DNA of 63,423 bases, counting the filler, from Squatina squatina (taxonomy: Eukaryota): assembly GCA_031763465.1 (NCBI GenBank). It is 3 parts of 2 records of this genome, joined end to end, with 100 filler letters (N's around TTAATTAATTAA, not from the genome) between each part and the next. Parts side by side here need not be neighbours in the genome. Positions count along the whole stretch, not along the records: positions 1 to 27,221 come from JARFOE010000234.1; 2 more parts are not named here. One strand, given 5' to 3'. Both the position numbers and the translations under genes were made by a program. The notes below the pieces were generated by a model. It made no database searches. It was not told the origin of the DNA and saw nothing but the letters and a program-made list of their open reading frames with translations. Positions 1 to 11,850 of the stretch are shown here, piece by piece (the stretch's first letter is position 1; each line of letters opens with the position of its first letter).

Positions 1-429
1 TCTATTTAAAAATATACATTAGTTGACAGTTTTAGTGAGTAAAGTTGAAATATTGCTCTTGTTCCACTAAATTCATTTCAACAATAAACATTAAAGCCCA
101 AATTAACAGCTACACATTTTACCAACGGTATGAATGCTCTTTAAAGTCAATCAGTTACAGAAGAGAGGCATTTTACCAGGATTGAATATCTACACAGATG
201 AGGCATGAAATCTCAAACCTACCAGGGTAATGTTTAGGAGTTAATTCCAACCTGTGGGACAGCTGCATAGCTCCTGTAGTTGTATCCATTGTGTACACTA
301 AAACAGAACCACTGGTAGAATGGGGGGGAAAAAAATCAGTTATAAACCAGTTTTCTAAATAAACAGATATATATGTGAAGGGCGTTAATACAAGGAAATG
401 GAAGACAATCTAATTTGGCTAGCAAGCAT

Positions 430-1030
430 CAGCCTCAAGCATTACCAGGCCATAAGGTAATTATTGATGAGGAAGGCAAGAAAGATGCTTTCAATTGTTT
501 CTTAAATAATTCCAAGGTTTTCACCTCCACTACTCTATCTGGAAGTCTATTTCATGTACTGATTACTGAAGAACTTCCGGATATCAGTCCTAAATTTGCC
601 GTTTGGAGTTTGAACCTGTGCTCCCTTGCCCGGCTCTCACCAATTAGTCCGAAGTAAGTTGCCAGATTTACCTTTCCATACTATTGTTTACTATCTTAGA
701 AATATCTATATGATTACCTCTCAGACTTCACCTTTCAAGGATAAAACACCCAAGATTGTTCAATCTTTCCTCATATCTCAGGTTATTGACACTAGGAATC
801 AGTCACATGATTCTTCTCTATATTGCTTCCAGTGCTAGAATGTCTCCCTTGTGCCTTGGTGACCAGAAATTAATACAGTATTCACAAGGTGTGATCTGCC
901 CAGAGCACTATACAGTTAATCATGATTTCCCCTGATTTTTAATCTATTTTGGTAACATAGTTCTACTGGTTTTGTTGATTGCTGTTCTATATTGATTAGA
1001 CATTGAGTGCAGAGTCCAGTAAGATCCCTA
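430..1030 (-). mobile_element. Decayed CR1/L2-type LINE 3' fragment
   Basis: Sequence resembles the antisense C-terminal part of LINE ORF2 (e.g. gtgaccagaaattaatacagtattc, acctccactactctatctggaagtctatttca); frames are broken; boundaries approximate. Confidence 0.55.
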
Positions 1031-1400
1031 TCATTAGAGACAGAGTCACTGAGCGCTTGGATAAGTATGTGCTGATCAAGGAGAGTCAGCATGAATGTTA
1101 CCTTGCATGAGGTAATCTTGTGACAGAGGTTGTGAGGTAGGAGACAGGGAGTAGGTTTAAATGGAGCATTCTGTGATTGGTGGGTACAGAGAAGCTATAT
1201 CTTCTGGTGGGGAAATCCAGAACATGGGCATAATCTTAAAATTATAGCTAGGCCAGTTAGGAGTGAAATCAGGAAGCATCTTTTCACACAAAGGATAATG
1301 TAAATCTGGAACTCGTCCACAAGGCTGTGAATGCTGGGTCAATTAAAATTTTCAAGACCGAGATTGATAGATTTTTGTTATAGAAGTATATAAAAGGATA
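1030..1400 (+). mobile_element. Decayed CR1 LINE fragment
   Basis: gagcgcttggataagtatgtgctgatcaaggagagtcagcatg (recurs at 60660-60706), followed by a CR1-type end (aggaagcatcttttcacacaaagg...ttcaagaccgagattgatagatttttg). Confidence 0.6.
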
Positions 1401-4400
1401 NNNNNNNNNNNNNNNNNNNNNNNNNNNNNNNNNNNNNNNNNNNNNNNNNNNNNNNNNNNNNNNNNNNNNNNNNNNNNNNNNNNNNNNNNNNNNNNNNNNN
1501 GTGCATGACACTTGGTGCAACACTGGGTAATACCTTTACTACTATAATATCGATGATAAAAATTTATTGACACACAGTATATTGTCTTCCAGTGGACAGT
1601 CATTTTATATTCATCATGCATCATACATTGGGTGACACTCCACCCATTCGGAGTCAACAAGTGGAAACTCGAGCCAGTAATTTCAAAGGGCTGTAGAGTG
1701 AGAACCAGCTAGGTGACTCCAATCATCCATGCAGAACAGCATTTAACAGATTACAAACTTTGGTTATCAAATACAGATAAGTTTGTTTAAAGAATTGGCA
1801 AGTATTCTGCTGAGCTAGATGAATACAACTAGTGAGTATACCTTTGATGTACAGTGCGTAGACCAAAGTGCTGCTGCAACTTGAAAGTTACAATATCCCA
1901 CCCAGAATTTCCCTTCTAAGCAGCGTGTCAAATTTCAACTGACAAGAATATTTCACTGTCCCAGTTTCGTCAGCCTTACAGATTATTTTCAGTCACTGGG
2001 GAGAAAAGCACAACTAAGTTTATTGTGACTGCACATTCCATCTGAGCAATGCAGACTGGAAACTGCCACTGGAGTTTTATGGTGATTTTTTGTTAAGACT
2101 ACACGTTATGGGTGAAGGTTCATAGCTATTAAAGCAAACAGTGAAGTTGCTGTTTATAGGTTATTTGATTTAATATGACCAACATGGTTATTTTAAATGT
2201 GTAGCTTCCACTGCCTGCATATATTACTCGTTTCATCCAGCTTTGAAAACCAATTCTACAGATCAATGATTGCAAGTCTGGAAGACTGCTCCACAAGTAG
2301 TTCACATCACTTAAACTGCAGATAATGAATAGGAATGTACAAGGGACAGTACTCAGGTTTAAAACCAGTCACTTCTACTCTCTTATTCTATTAAAAAGAC
2401 TAAATTTACAGCATGGCAACAGAAGACAGCTCTTCAAAATACAAGTATTTTCTCCCAAGAATAACCAACACTTCTTCCCAGGTCCAACTTGCTTATTCCT
2501 CAGTCTTCCTTCATCTGCATCCTAAATACAGAGTACTGCCAGGAAAAGCAGTAAGGGAAGAGGAAGAAATGCAATGGAGATAGGAAGAGAACAAGATAGG
2601 AAGAGAACGAAAACAAATGCAGCAAGGTCTCTAATGAAGCATTTCAAAGTTTGCAATACCTCAAGGTAATCCAGAACACAGATTTATGATTTTTGTTACA
2701 CAACTTCCCATAACTGCTCAGTTTTTTATAAACCTTCTTCACCCCAAAGAAAGAGTGCATTCATTTGTTTAAAGATAATCATAAATCAATATAAACTACT
2801 CCATTTTCAAATGCAAAACCGCCCTATTTAATGCTGACTTGTTCCCGCGCACTGAGCATGCAGGCCTTCATCAACTAGAAAAACCGGCAGTGTTTGCATT
2901 TGTGGATAGTGGTACCATCTCTTTACCTTTGTACTGCCACTATTCCAGCCAGACAGTACACAGATTACACTGCCTGGCTCCTGTCTGGATGAAACTCCAA
3001 TGATCCGAGCCACTCTTTCACATAACTGAAAATCACTCAGTTGTACAATATTCTGTTTGATGTCTAAAAGTGCTATTTAGAAAATTAGAAGGAAAACATG
3101 CTACATTCAACATCTGGTTTTACAGCATCGCAAATAAAGAGCTTGGGTATTACATTCCTTTGTAAGTGAAGTAGCTTTACTGGTGTTAAAATGCTGCCCA
3201 AACTTGCTCCCTTGATTGCAGAGTTCAGCTAATGAACAGTTGAGTCACACCGATAAGGGAGATGCCAGGATTCATCCCCAGTCTGTCCGTAAGCTGATCT
3301 TAGCTCAACTTCAGACAGGGAAAGGAAAAATCCACATGGAATCTTATTCCTCATGGTTCGGNNNNNNNNNNNNNNNNNNNNNNNNNNNNNNNNNNNNNNN
3401 NNNNNNNNNNNNNNNNNNNNNNNNNNNNNNNNNNNNNNNNNNNNNNNNNNNNNNNNNNNNNTAACTTCTTATTAATCAATCCCACATGGAAAGTGGAATC
3501 GCTCTTCGTAATTTGATTTCACCTGTCAAACTGTGTTTTATATTACAATAGTTCCTTTATATATTTTGATTTATTCAGGCAGGGTATGACTGAAAGGAAT
3601 TTAACAGCTTTTTCCATTTACAGTCGCAGTGGGACCTATCTGGTTGCAGATAGTGTACAAACCCAAGCAACAAGATTGGCATTCCCGTTGCTACAGTATC
3701 AGCAAGGGCTGGCAGGTTGCCCATGTCAGCACGTAATTGCCTAACCTTTCACACAGGCCTGATCCCTGGCACAAAATTGGTATGAAACTCATGGATTGTG
3801 GAGGGTCAGGGAACTTTTATGGCAGGGGTTATACCAGGGTTTCTGAAAGGGAAAGATAGGTTAATCTTTTGAATGAATAGCATGGAGTAGAATTTTAGTA
3901 TGGAGAGAACAAACAATTAATTCCAGATAATGAACTGCAAGAAGGGAATTTCTCTGTTATGGCCTCCCTTTACAATGCCCCACTGGCCCCCCTACTTCAG
4001 TTCATGTATGGCGTTGGACATGTAAAGTTATATGTTTTCTGGATTTGTTGCAACATGTGGGAGCATTTAGCATTTACAACATTTTCAACATAAGTCGCAT
4101 AATATCATATAAGCTGTGTAAATAAATACACTCTTTTAGTGCCATGTCACTTGGCTTTTCACAAAACCCCTCCCCAGATTGCGACGAAAGAAGACATTTA
4201 ATACAAATTGAACATCAAGTTGGTCCTTTTATCTGTTGTATGAAATGGAGGTTTTTCCAACAGCTGTTTTCTTTCACTGTCAAAATCTTGTGCCTTTTCC
4301 CACGAGTAATCTGTAGTAACCGACTATGGTGCAGATATCTGATAGTTTTTAAAAAGAAACATTATTATAAGAGCTTACAGGACTATGAGTAGAATTGAAC

Positions 4401-4862
4401 TTTAAAGAAAGTCATGTTTTTTATTACTAAATAAATACAAAGATAAAATTGTGCAAAGAATTAAGTTGAACTATTCCAGAATGTTAAACAATGTGGTAGT
4501 CAGTGGTGATACATTAAAATAACTATCCAACACTTGAACTATACTCTATCCAATCACAATATAGATTTACAAGGTATGCTTACAATTTTTCATACCTACT
4601 ATGATTTCTGCTGAAAACTTTGCAAATGCAGAAAAATAATTCCTGTCATGTCTGTTGTAATTTTTTTAATTCATGGCAACTCTGCTAAATGTACAGAATT
4701 GGTAATTGTTGGGTTGGATTGTATATTTTACTCCTTATTGTTTACTTGCTAGTTTAATACACATGCATATTATATCAATTATTCATGCATGGGTTAATTT
4801 TACTTGTAAAATGTGTTTAGTGTATGTCTTAATTGATCCACTGTCAGAATGTTTTCAAACCA

Positions 4863-6016
4863 AGGGCATGAATTTTGGTAGCACCCCATTTGGGGCGGTA
4901 ATTTTTTACTTTGAGAAAATTTAGCGCCCGGCGAGATGCCTTGCCAAATTGTGGAAAATTTGGCATTTTTGCCCCAGGAGTGAAGACGGGAGGTAAACGA
5001 GGAGCTAATGGCCTCAGCTGGGTGCTGCAGGGGCGCTGCTCACAGCCATTTACCCAATTTCAGCTGACTTCCATTCTGCAATCAGCCTTCAATCCGTGAC
5101 TCCAGCTCCATCTGGCTCTTAAAAGAGAGGTCATTTGAACCTGCTGCTGCTCAGTTTCAGCATTGCTGAACTTCAGTCGCTCATCTGTGGAGCTGAGGAA
5201 GCTTGTGAAATGGCTGCTGGTAATCCCCCTCCAAGATTCAACAATGTGGTTCTGGAGGCGTTGGTGGGGGCACTCGAGACCAGGAGGGAGTCCCTGTTCC
5301 TTGCATCAGGAAGGAGGCCATCTCTGCAGGTTTTCCATGCCATGTGGCAAGAGGTGTCGGTCAGCACTGTGGTACAGAGAAGTCACATCGAACGCCACAA
5401 AAAATTTAACAACCTATGNNNNNNNNNNNNNNNNNNNNNNNNNNNNNNNNNNNNNNNNNNNNNNNNNNNNNNNNNNNNNNNNNNNNNNNNNNNNNNNNNN
5501 NNNNNNNNNNNNNNNNNNACCGGGAGTGATTTTGGAGGGTCCTCCTCAAATTCGTCACCATCCTCCGCCTGCTCCACGATTACATGCAAGCCGTGCTCTT
5601 CACCAATGGTTCAACCACAGACCCAATACAAGTGCAAACTGGGTGAAGCAAGGCTGTGTCATCACACTGATGCTCTTCTCCATCTTGCTCGCTGAAACAC
5701 TTCATCCCATCTCCATGGAGCTAAATTACAGGACGAGTGTTCAACCTCTGCCGCCTCCAGTCCAGAATCAAGACCACCCCAACCTCCATCATCGAACTGT
5801 AGTACATAGACGACACTTGTGTGTGCGCACACTCAGAGGCTGAGCTCCAAGCCTCTTTACTAAGCGCTAGCAGGCATGGCAATCATCCCCTTAACAAGCC
5901 ATTCCCAGCACAGGCTTTAACTCCTTTACTAAACGCGGGCTAAATGGCGTTTCAGCTTCAGACCTTATGACCTCAGACGATTGTTAGCACCTGAACGCGC
6001 CAGCGAAAATCGCTAC
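4863..6016 (+). mobile_element. PIF/Harbinger-like DNA transposon remnant with Myb/SANT-like ORF (interrupted by an assembly gap)
   Basis: ORF 5135-5417 reads PPPRFNNVVLEALVGALETRRESLF...MWQEVS...RSHIERHKKFNNL, a Myb/SANT-like pattern (RF...L...W.EV...R....KKF.NL); GC-rich ends; boundaries approximate. Confidence 0.6.
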
Positions 6017-6539
6017 CTTGGGCTCTGAAACAGATGGTTGCAAGTTTGATTCTCAAGGAATACTAATCATTCAAAGCTGTCTGCAACAGCTAGGAAGTGA
6101 GTTTATTGCAAATGATAGATGATCTAATCGGCATGTAATCAAACAGTAGTACAAAACTACACAGACCACCAAATTTTACATTGTGGTCAAGGAATCAAAA
6201 AAAGAAAATCACACTTCTCTGAAGCAGAGGAAAGATGATTACAATCCAGATGAGGAATGGTCAAGTTATTGCATTGCCATTATTGAGGACTTTAATTTGT
6301 CAGTATAATTTATTAAAAGCTGAGTAACTTCACATCAACGGATCGTTATTTGCATTGTTTTGCTGGGCCATCAAAGCAATGGTCAAACAGGCTGGAACTC
6401 AGATACAGCTTTTAGTCACCCCTCCTAAAAAGGCCCNNNNNNNNNNNNNNNNNNNNNNNNNNNNNNNNNNNNNNNNNNNNNNNNNNNNNNNNNNNNNNNN
6501 NNNNNNNNNNNNNNNNNNNNNNNNNNNNNNNNNNNNAAT

Positions 6540-6830
6540 GCTGATCATGAAACTACCGGATTGCCGTAAAAACCGATCTAGTCCACTAATATCCTTTTTT
6601 GGTGGTTACAATTCTCAACTCTGACTTTAGGGAAGGAAATCTGCCATCCTTACCCAGTCTGGCCTAAATGCGACTCCAGACCTACAGCAATGTGGTGGAC
6701 TCTTATCTGTCCTCTGAAATGGCCTAGCAAGCCACTCAATTGTCACCACCACCTTCTAGAAGAGAATTAGGGATGGGCAATAAATGCTGGCCTCACCGGA
6801 GATGTCCACATCGTGGGAATGAATAAAAAA
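6540..6830 (+). mobile_element. Shark-type SINE 3' part with LINE-shared tail
   Basis: ttagggaaggaaatctgccatccttacc...aattagggatgggcaataaatgctgg...gaatgaataaaaaa; the same tail occurs antisense at about 42380-42440 and related sequence at about 46050-46320. Confidence 0.6.
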
Positions 6831-7311
6831 TACATGGAACTCCCTTTCTGACATCCCTGCTGAGATCAGAAACTCAGTATGTAGCTGTAGTGTTGGAGTC
6901 AACATAGTTTCATTAATTTATTACTTAATCATTGTGTTGGAGATTTTCAAAATGGCAGTCAGTCTCTTCTAACGAGAGGTGACAAAAGGATTACATGATG
7001 GAATGGGAAGAAATGAGGTGTAGTGATGTAATGTAATGGGAAGAAATAAAGTACCCTCTGTACATGCATATTAAAACTGCATTTGTTCTCACATATTGTA
7101 CAAGCACAGCAAACTGTATTATCATCTTGCATGCTTACATTTATAAGTTTAGTGTGCAAAGATAGAATACTAAGAGAACTCTTGAGATCAATGTGTGCTT
7201 GTACAATACATTGAGATGCTTATCACAACATATTGAAAATGCCAGCTTTACAAATTCCTTAAATACGGTTTGAAATGTTGTTAAACAAAAAGAAACAAAA
7301 AAGTGACCTAC

Positions 7312-7590
7312 CTTTAATTTGTAAAACAGCTGAAGTAGTCATGTTAAGTTCTTTATTCCAGAACTTGCATAAATACGTATCATTAGTCTCTGCCTTCACT
7401 CTAAGTACACTTCGGATGTTGTACAATCCATCAGTGCCAGTGAAGTGGGTGGTATCTGCTGTTTCGTTGAGGTCCGATCCATTTGCATAATACCAGATAA
7501 CTTCAGCTAAAGGGTATCCTACTGACTGACAAACAAACTCTGACTCTTTCCTTTCCTTTATGTTGAGGGTCTCTATGTATTCATAAGAAG
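7312..7590 (-). CDS. CD274: PD-L1 (B7-H1) IgC exon
   Basis: Phase-1 exon with canonical AG/GT: (A)SYEYIETLNIKERKESEFVCQSVGYPLAEVIWY...DGLYNIRSVLRVKAETNDTYLCKFWNKELNMTTSAVLQIK; CxxxGYPxAEVIW is typical of PD-L1/PD-L2 IgC; in frame with the IgV exon. Confidence 0.88.
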
Positions 7591-7699
7591 CTGTAAAATA
7601 GAACGTCACAGTTTTAGATTTAATCTGGCTGTGGTTTCTAAGCCCTCTAAAGTCCTGCAGTTGCTGTTTTTCTTTCACAGCAAGTTTTAATTAAGGGAA

Positions 7700-7975
7700 T
7701 TGGCAAATGAAACCAAAGGCGACATAAGAAACAACTTTTTTATGCAGCGAGTGGTTATAATCTGGAATGCACTGCCTGAGAGGGTGGTGGAGGCAGACTC
7801 AATCATGGCTTTCAAAAGGGAATTGAATGAGTACCTGAAGGAAAAAAAAATGCAGGGCTATGGGGAGAGAACGGTGGGAGTGGGACTAGCTGAAGAGCGC
7901 TTGCAAAGAGCCAACATGGGCTCGGCGGGCCGAATGGCCTTCTTCTGTGCTGTAACCATTCTATGATTCTAACTA
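7700..7975 (+). mobile_element. CR1 LINE 3' end
   Basis: Translates as FFMQRVVIIWNALPERVVEADSIMAFKRELNEYLKEKKMQGYG and ends in an attctatgattct tail. Confidence 0.85.
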
Positions 7976-8371
7976 TGTATAGTTTAAGTTGCTTCTATTT
8001 AAAATGCTACAGAACTTTCTTTCCTTACTGCTATTTTCTCAGTTTTCCACTTGGAGCTTTCACATATTATGCACTAATCCTCCATGAGAGGAAAGACTGG
8101 GAACCTGTTCCCCAACTTCCACTTTACAGCTGATTGTCAGGACGCAAATATTGCCCAAGGTGGTGGACATTCATCCTTCCCTGTGTGGAAGCCTTTGGCC
8201 TCTGTTCTGTGCCGCCATGTGAACACACATTTAAGATCAAGAACTCATCGGGCAGCAGGTTACATATGCAAACTCACATTCTCTTGGTATATTCCGATGG
8301 AAACAATTCAAATCTAATTGGAACCAATCAATCAGCTACTGGAGAAGATACAAGAAGAAAACCTTGCCCAC

Positions 8372-8731
8372 CTGTGACTTTCAGTGCAGTCTCTTTATAA
8401 TCCACTCCATTGAGATCGATAACACAGCGGTAGGTCCCCGCATCAGTAACTTTAATCTGGTTAATCTCCAGCACCGCACGTCCACTGTGCAGTTCATCTA
8501 GTAACAGGAACACTCTTTCTCTGTACTCCAGTGGCTGGTCCTGAAGGGCTGCTTTCCCATTGAACAATTTATAAACTAATTGAGAAGATCCATTGTCCAG
8601 AATGTGATGCCAGTACACCTTTAGCTGGTTTGCATTGAAGTTGGATTCAACTGTAAATCTACATTCCATAGTAATGTTATTCCCATAGGATGCAGTGTAG
8701 GACGACCTGGGAGCAGTGACCATAAAAAGAG
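8372..8731 (-). CDS. CD274: PD-L1 (B7-H1) IgV exon
   Basis: 360-nt phase-1 exon: (A)LFMVTAPRSSYTASYGNNITMECRF...VYW...YRERVFLLLDELHSGRAVLEINQIKVTDAGTYRCVIDLNGVDYKETALKVT; matches PD-L1 YGSNMTIEC / DAGVYRC...ADYK; syntenic with JAK2 and RLN. Confidence 0.9.
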
Positions 8732-8782
8732 CTGAAACGACAGAAGGTGGAGTTACTCAACTGTTTTAGATATAGCCATCTA

Positions 8783-8926
8783 GGGGGTGAATGTCTGTGG
8801 TGGGTCCCCCAACTGCTGGCGTAACTTCAGTGGACAAGCCCTGGAAAAACGCTGTTAACACCATTACACTATTTTTCCGAGAAGTTACGGTAGGCAATCA
8901 AGAGAAGACCCATGGAAATTCACCCC
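8783..8926. mobile_element. Short MITE with terminal inverted repeats
   Basis: ggggtgaatgtc ... gaaattcacccc inverted ends, with internal partial palindromy. Confidence 0.5.
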
Positions 8927-9768
8927 GTTAGTTAAATTAAGCTAATCACTCACTTGACCCGGAGAACGTTGACTGAAATGTGAATGCCTGAGATGTGAAA
9001 ACAGAAGCCATGAATGCAGATTAAATTACACTTAATATCTGCAAGTAGTTATGGCCATCTTCAAACCTATACAGTACTGGCTAATGACATGTCATCAGTA
9101 ACTGGAATCATGCTATCTAATTCTGTTTCTTTTTGTTTATAATTTGGCATTTAGAACTGAATCTTAGATGTCACTTTGTTTTGCTAACAATCTCAAAATT
9201 TCTTCTAAATTGAAGCATTTCAACAAAAACATCAGAATGACACTAGATACATTTATCTCTGAGCTGAGAGTTCTTTGAGGAAATTCCCCTCTGTGCCCTC
9301 CAGCTCCAATGTGATAGCTAAGCATAGAGAAGGGAGTTAAACAAATACACGCTACATTTCCTCCTTCCTTCTTTTCTTACCAACTTTCTCCACTCCCTTC
9401 ATCTTGCCTTGAAAGTTTTTACTCTTTTAAGCCTAGACAGCCGAGAGCCAGTAGCCTACATGGCCGCGGGTGGGGCATNNNNNNNNNNNNNNNNNNNNNN
9501 NNNNNNNNNNNNNNNNNNNNNNNNNNNNNNNNNNNNNNNNNNNNNNNNNNNNNNNNNNNNNNNNNNNNNNNNNNNNNNCATTATGAAAAAAATCCTGCAG
9601 GGTCTGCTGACCTCTCTGCCCTGATTCCCAAAATGGGCTGTCGGCAGATTAAGGTCCTTGTCAGGAGCTTGAATTCATAAAATGTATTCTTCTGTCTTAA
9701 AATCTGACTGATCCTGAATCCATGTGTATAGAATATTCTACAAACACAGATATACAATCGGCAGCATT

Positions 9769-10091
9769 TCATGGTTGGCATGTTCTTTCAATATCCCAAT
9801 GGTTACAGCCCCTTTTGCAGCATTTGTCTGAAAGTGAAAGGGTTCTTGGTGTCAATTTTGCATGGATGAAATCTTTTGGACGAGCGGGCTGCATCACGCT
9901 GTCTCTCTCAGTCTCAGAGACATACTCATTAAAATCATCTGACATCTGCTCATGTGTGTAGTCATTGTAAAACGGTTGTTGTCCATAATACGACTCAAGC
10001 TGTTCAATCCCGTCGTTGTCAAACCTCCTCTGAACCTTCTTCATGTTCGTCTCCTTGAAATAGTCATTATCATCTGAGGCCTGGAAGGGAA
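9769..10091 (-). CDS. Relaxin/insulin-like peptide, copy A, exon 2 (C-peptide plus A chain)
   Basis: Phase-1 acceptor, then PFQASDDNDYFKETNMKKVQRRFDNDGIEQLESYYGQQPFYNDY...AKLTPRTLSLSDKCCKRGCNHWDIERTCQP*; exact CC-X3-C-X8-C A-chain motif; lies in the CD274-JAK2 interval (RLN locus). Confidence 0.9.
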
Positions 10092-10860
10092 CTGGAACAC
10101 AAATAAAACTCCATTTGTGAACACTGAAGGACTATTGAGATTGATTTGATGATATTTCCCTCATTCTGTGATTCTAGGATTCTGTCCCAACTACACACTG
10201 CTGCTCTCTATCTCAGAAAGTGGGATGTTCTGGACCCTCCATTGCACTCTGTGATTGCTCAGACACAGCACTTCAAATGTACAGAGAAAGGGGCACTAAT
10301 GGTTGGCAACTCTGCCAATTAGGTGACCCATATCTGGTTAAACATTTGAACATGGAATTTAAAATAAAAACCAATGGCATGTGCTATATTGCAGAAGTGG
10401 TAAAAAAATGTGGGTAAAATATCAGTCAATGGATCAGCATTTTAATNNNNNNNNNNNNNNNNNNNNNNNNNNNNNNNNNNNNNNNNNNNNNNNNNNNNNN
10501 NNNNNNNNNNNNNNNNNNNNNNNNNNNNNNNNNNNNNNNNNNNNNNGTAATGGTTCAAACATAAATGCAATGCTAATATAAAGTATTAGAAATCACCAGC
10601 AACAACACAGTGACTTTTCAGGGGTCCCCAATAATGCAGCTTAACAGCAGGTTCATCCACTAGTGGTCTACATTAGAGCTGTTCGATATCAATTACACAC
10701 ACCAACTGGTTAGGTTAATCACTAATCACAGAAAGGGTTATAGTTATGTTTAGTTAGGACATTACGGATTTGTGTTGATGGATAAATGTCCACATCATCA
10801 GAAAAATGAACAAGAGTTAATGAAAAACAGTGATGAGTCACAGTAAGGGAGCAAAACTGC

Positions 10861-10868
10861 TATAAAAG
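10861..10868 (+). promoter_or_regulatory. Candidate TATA box of relaxin-like copy B
   Basis: TATAAAAG 240 nt upstream of the signal-peptide ATG at 11101. Confidence 0.45.
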
Positions 10869-11100
10869 GAGAAGGAACAGATGATCGTAATAGTCAGGGG
10901 CAGAGAAGAAATAGCACGATACTGAGAATCAGTAGAGAAATCCAGTCAAGTAGGAGTTTGAGACAGGAATTTTTTTTTAGATCAGCCGAAAAAAACAGGT
11001 TCAATTTGTGCAGTGGAAGCATTAGAGAGTGAGTGGAGAAATTGGCACTGGGTTCCCATACAGAGTCAGAGTGGGCGAAGCTGATCACTTGTGAGCTGAA

Positions 11101-11263
11101 ATGGAGAGTCTGGTGTTCATCTTGGCAATCGGGCTGTTGCTGTTCTCCTTTCCAGGCTCTGCAAGGCCTGATGATGAGGTGATAAAGCTCTGCGGTCGAG
11201 CCTTCGTAGAAAAACTTATCCAACTCTGCATAAATCTGAAAGCTCGCATTCACCATCCATATG
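11101..11263 (+). CDS. Relaxin/insulin-like peptide, copy B, exon 1 (signal peptide plus B chain)
   Basis: MESLVFILAIGLLLFSFPGSARPDDEVIKLCGRAFVEKLIQLCINLKARIHHPY, then a phase-1 donor G|gtaagt; hydrophobic signal and IKLCGR-X9-C B-chain motif; too short for the ORF track. Confidence 0.9.
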
Positions 11264-11751
11264 GTAAGTATTGAAATCCCTTCTATTGACCAGGATTGAG
11301 AAATATTAATTGCCTGATTTTCATTATACTTCAAACTGTTCGATATGTTGCTCTGAGTTGATGTGAAAATTAAAATTCATCTATAATAAATCTCGAGAGA
11401 GAGCAGTCCTCTCAGGAAAGTGTCAGGTGCAATAAAACTGTGCACCTCGCGACACCTGGACACCCAAGGGACCTGGGATTAGAGCTTTTATAAATATAAA
11501 TAAACATTAAGTAGTTGATATGTAAACAGCTCGGGGAATGTTTACACAACAGCATCAACTCAACAGTCACTTTGTGTGACTTCTCACTGAGAATACATTG
11601 ATCCTCTGTCAATCCTCAATCTGGTGAACAAATTTACACTTACAGTTCTGTNNNNNNNNNNNNNNNNNNNNNNNNNNNNNNNNNNNNNNNNNNNNNNNNN
11701 NNNNNNNNNNNNNNNNNNNNNNNNNNNNNNNNNNNNNNNNNNNNNNNNNNN

Positions 11752-11850
11752 ACGTTGTGACAGCCCCATAACCGGCTTTTGTGATGTCACCCCGGGTGCG
11801 TAGGAACATCATTCCCACCCGGAGAGATCGCAATTTCAGCACCATCAACT
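11752..11850 (-). mobile_element. MITE end fragment (same family as 13836-13989)
   Basis: Reverse complement of 13836-13925 (cagccccataaccggcttttg..atgtc.cccgggtgc...ggagagat.gcaatttc). Confidence 0.6.

Noticed and set aside
9479-9700. PLGRKT expected between CD274 and RLN
   Set aside because: No PLGRKT-like exon recognised; absence is uninformative because most sequence is missing in gaps
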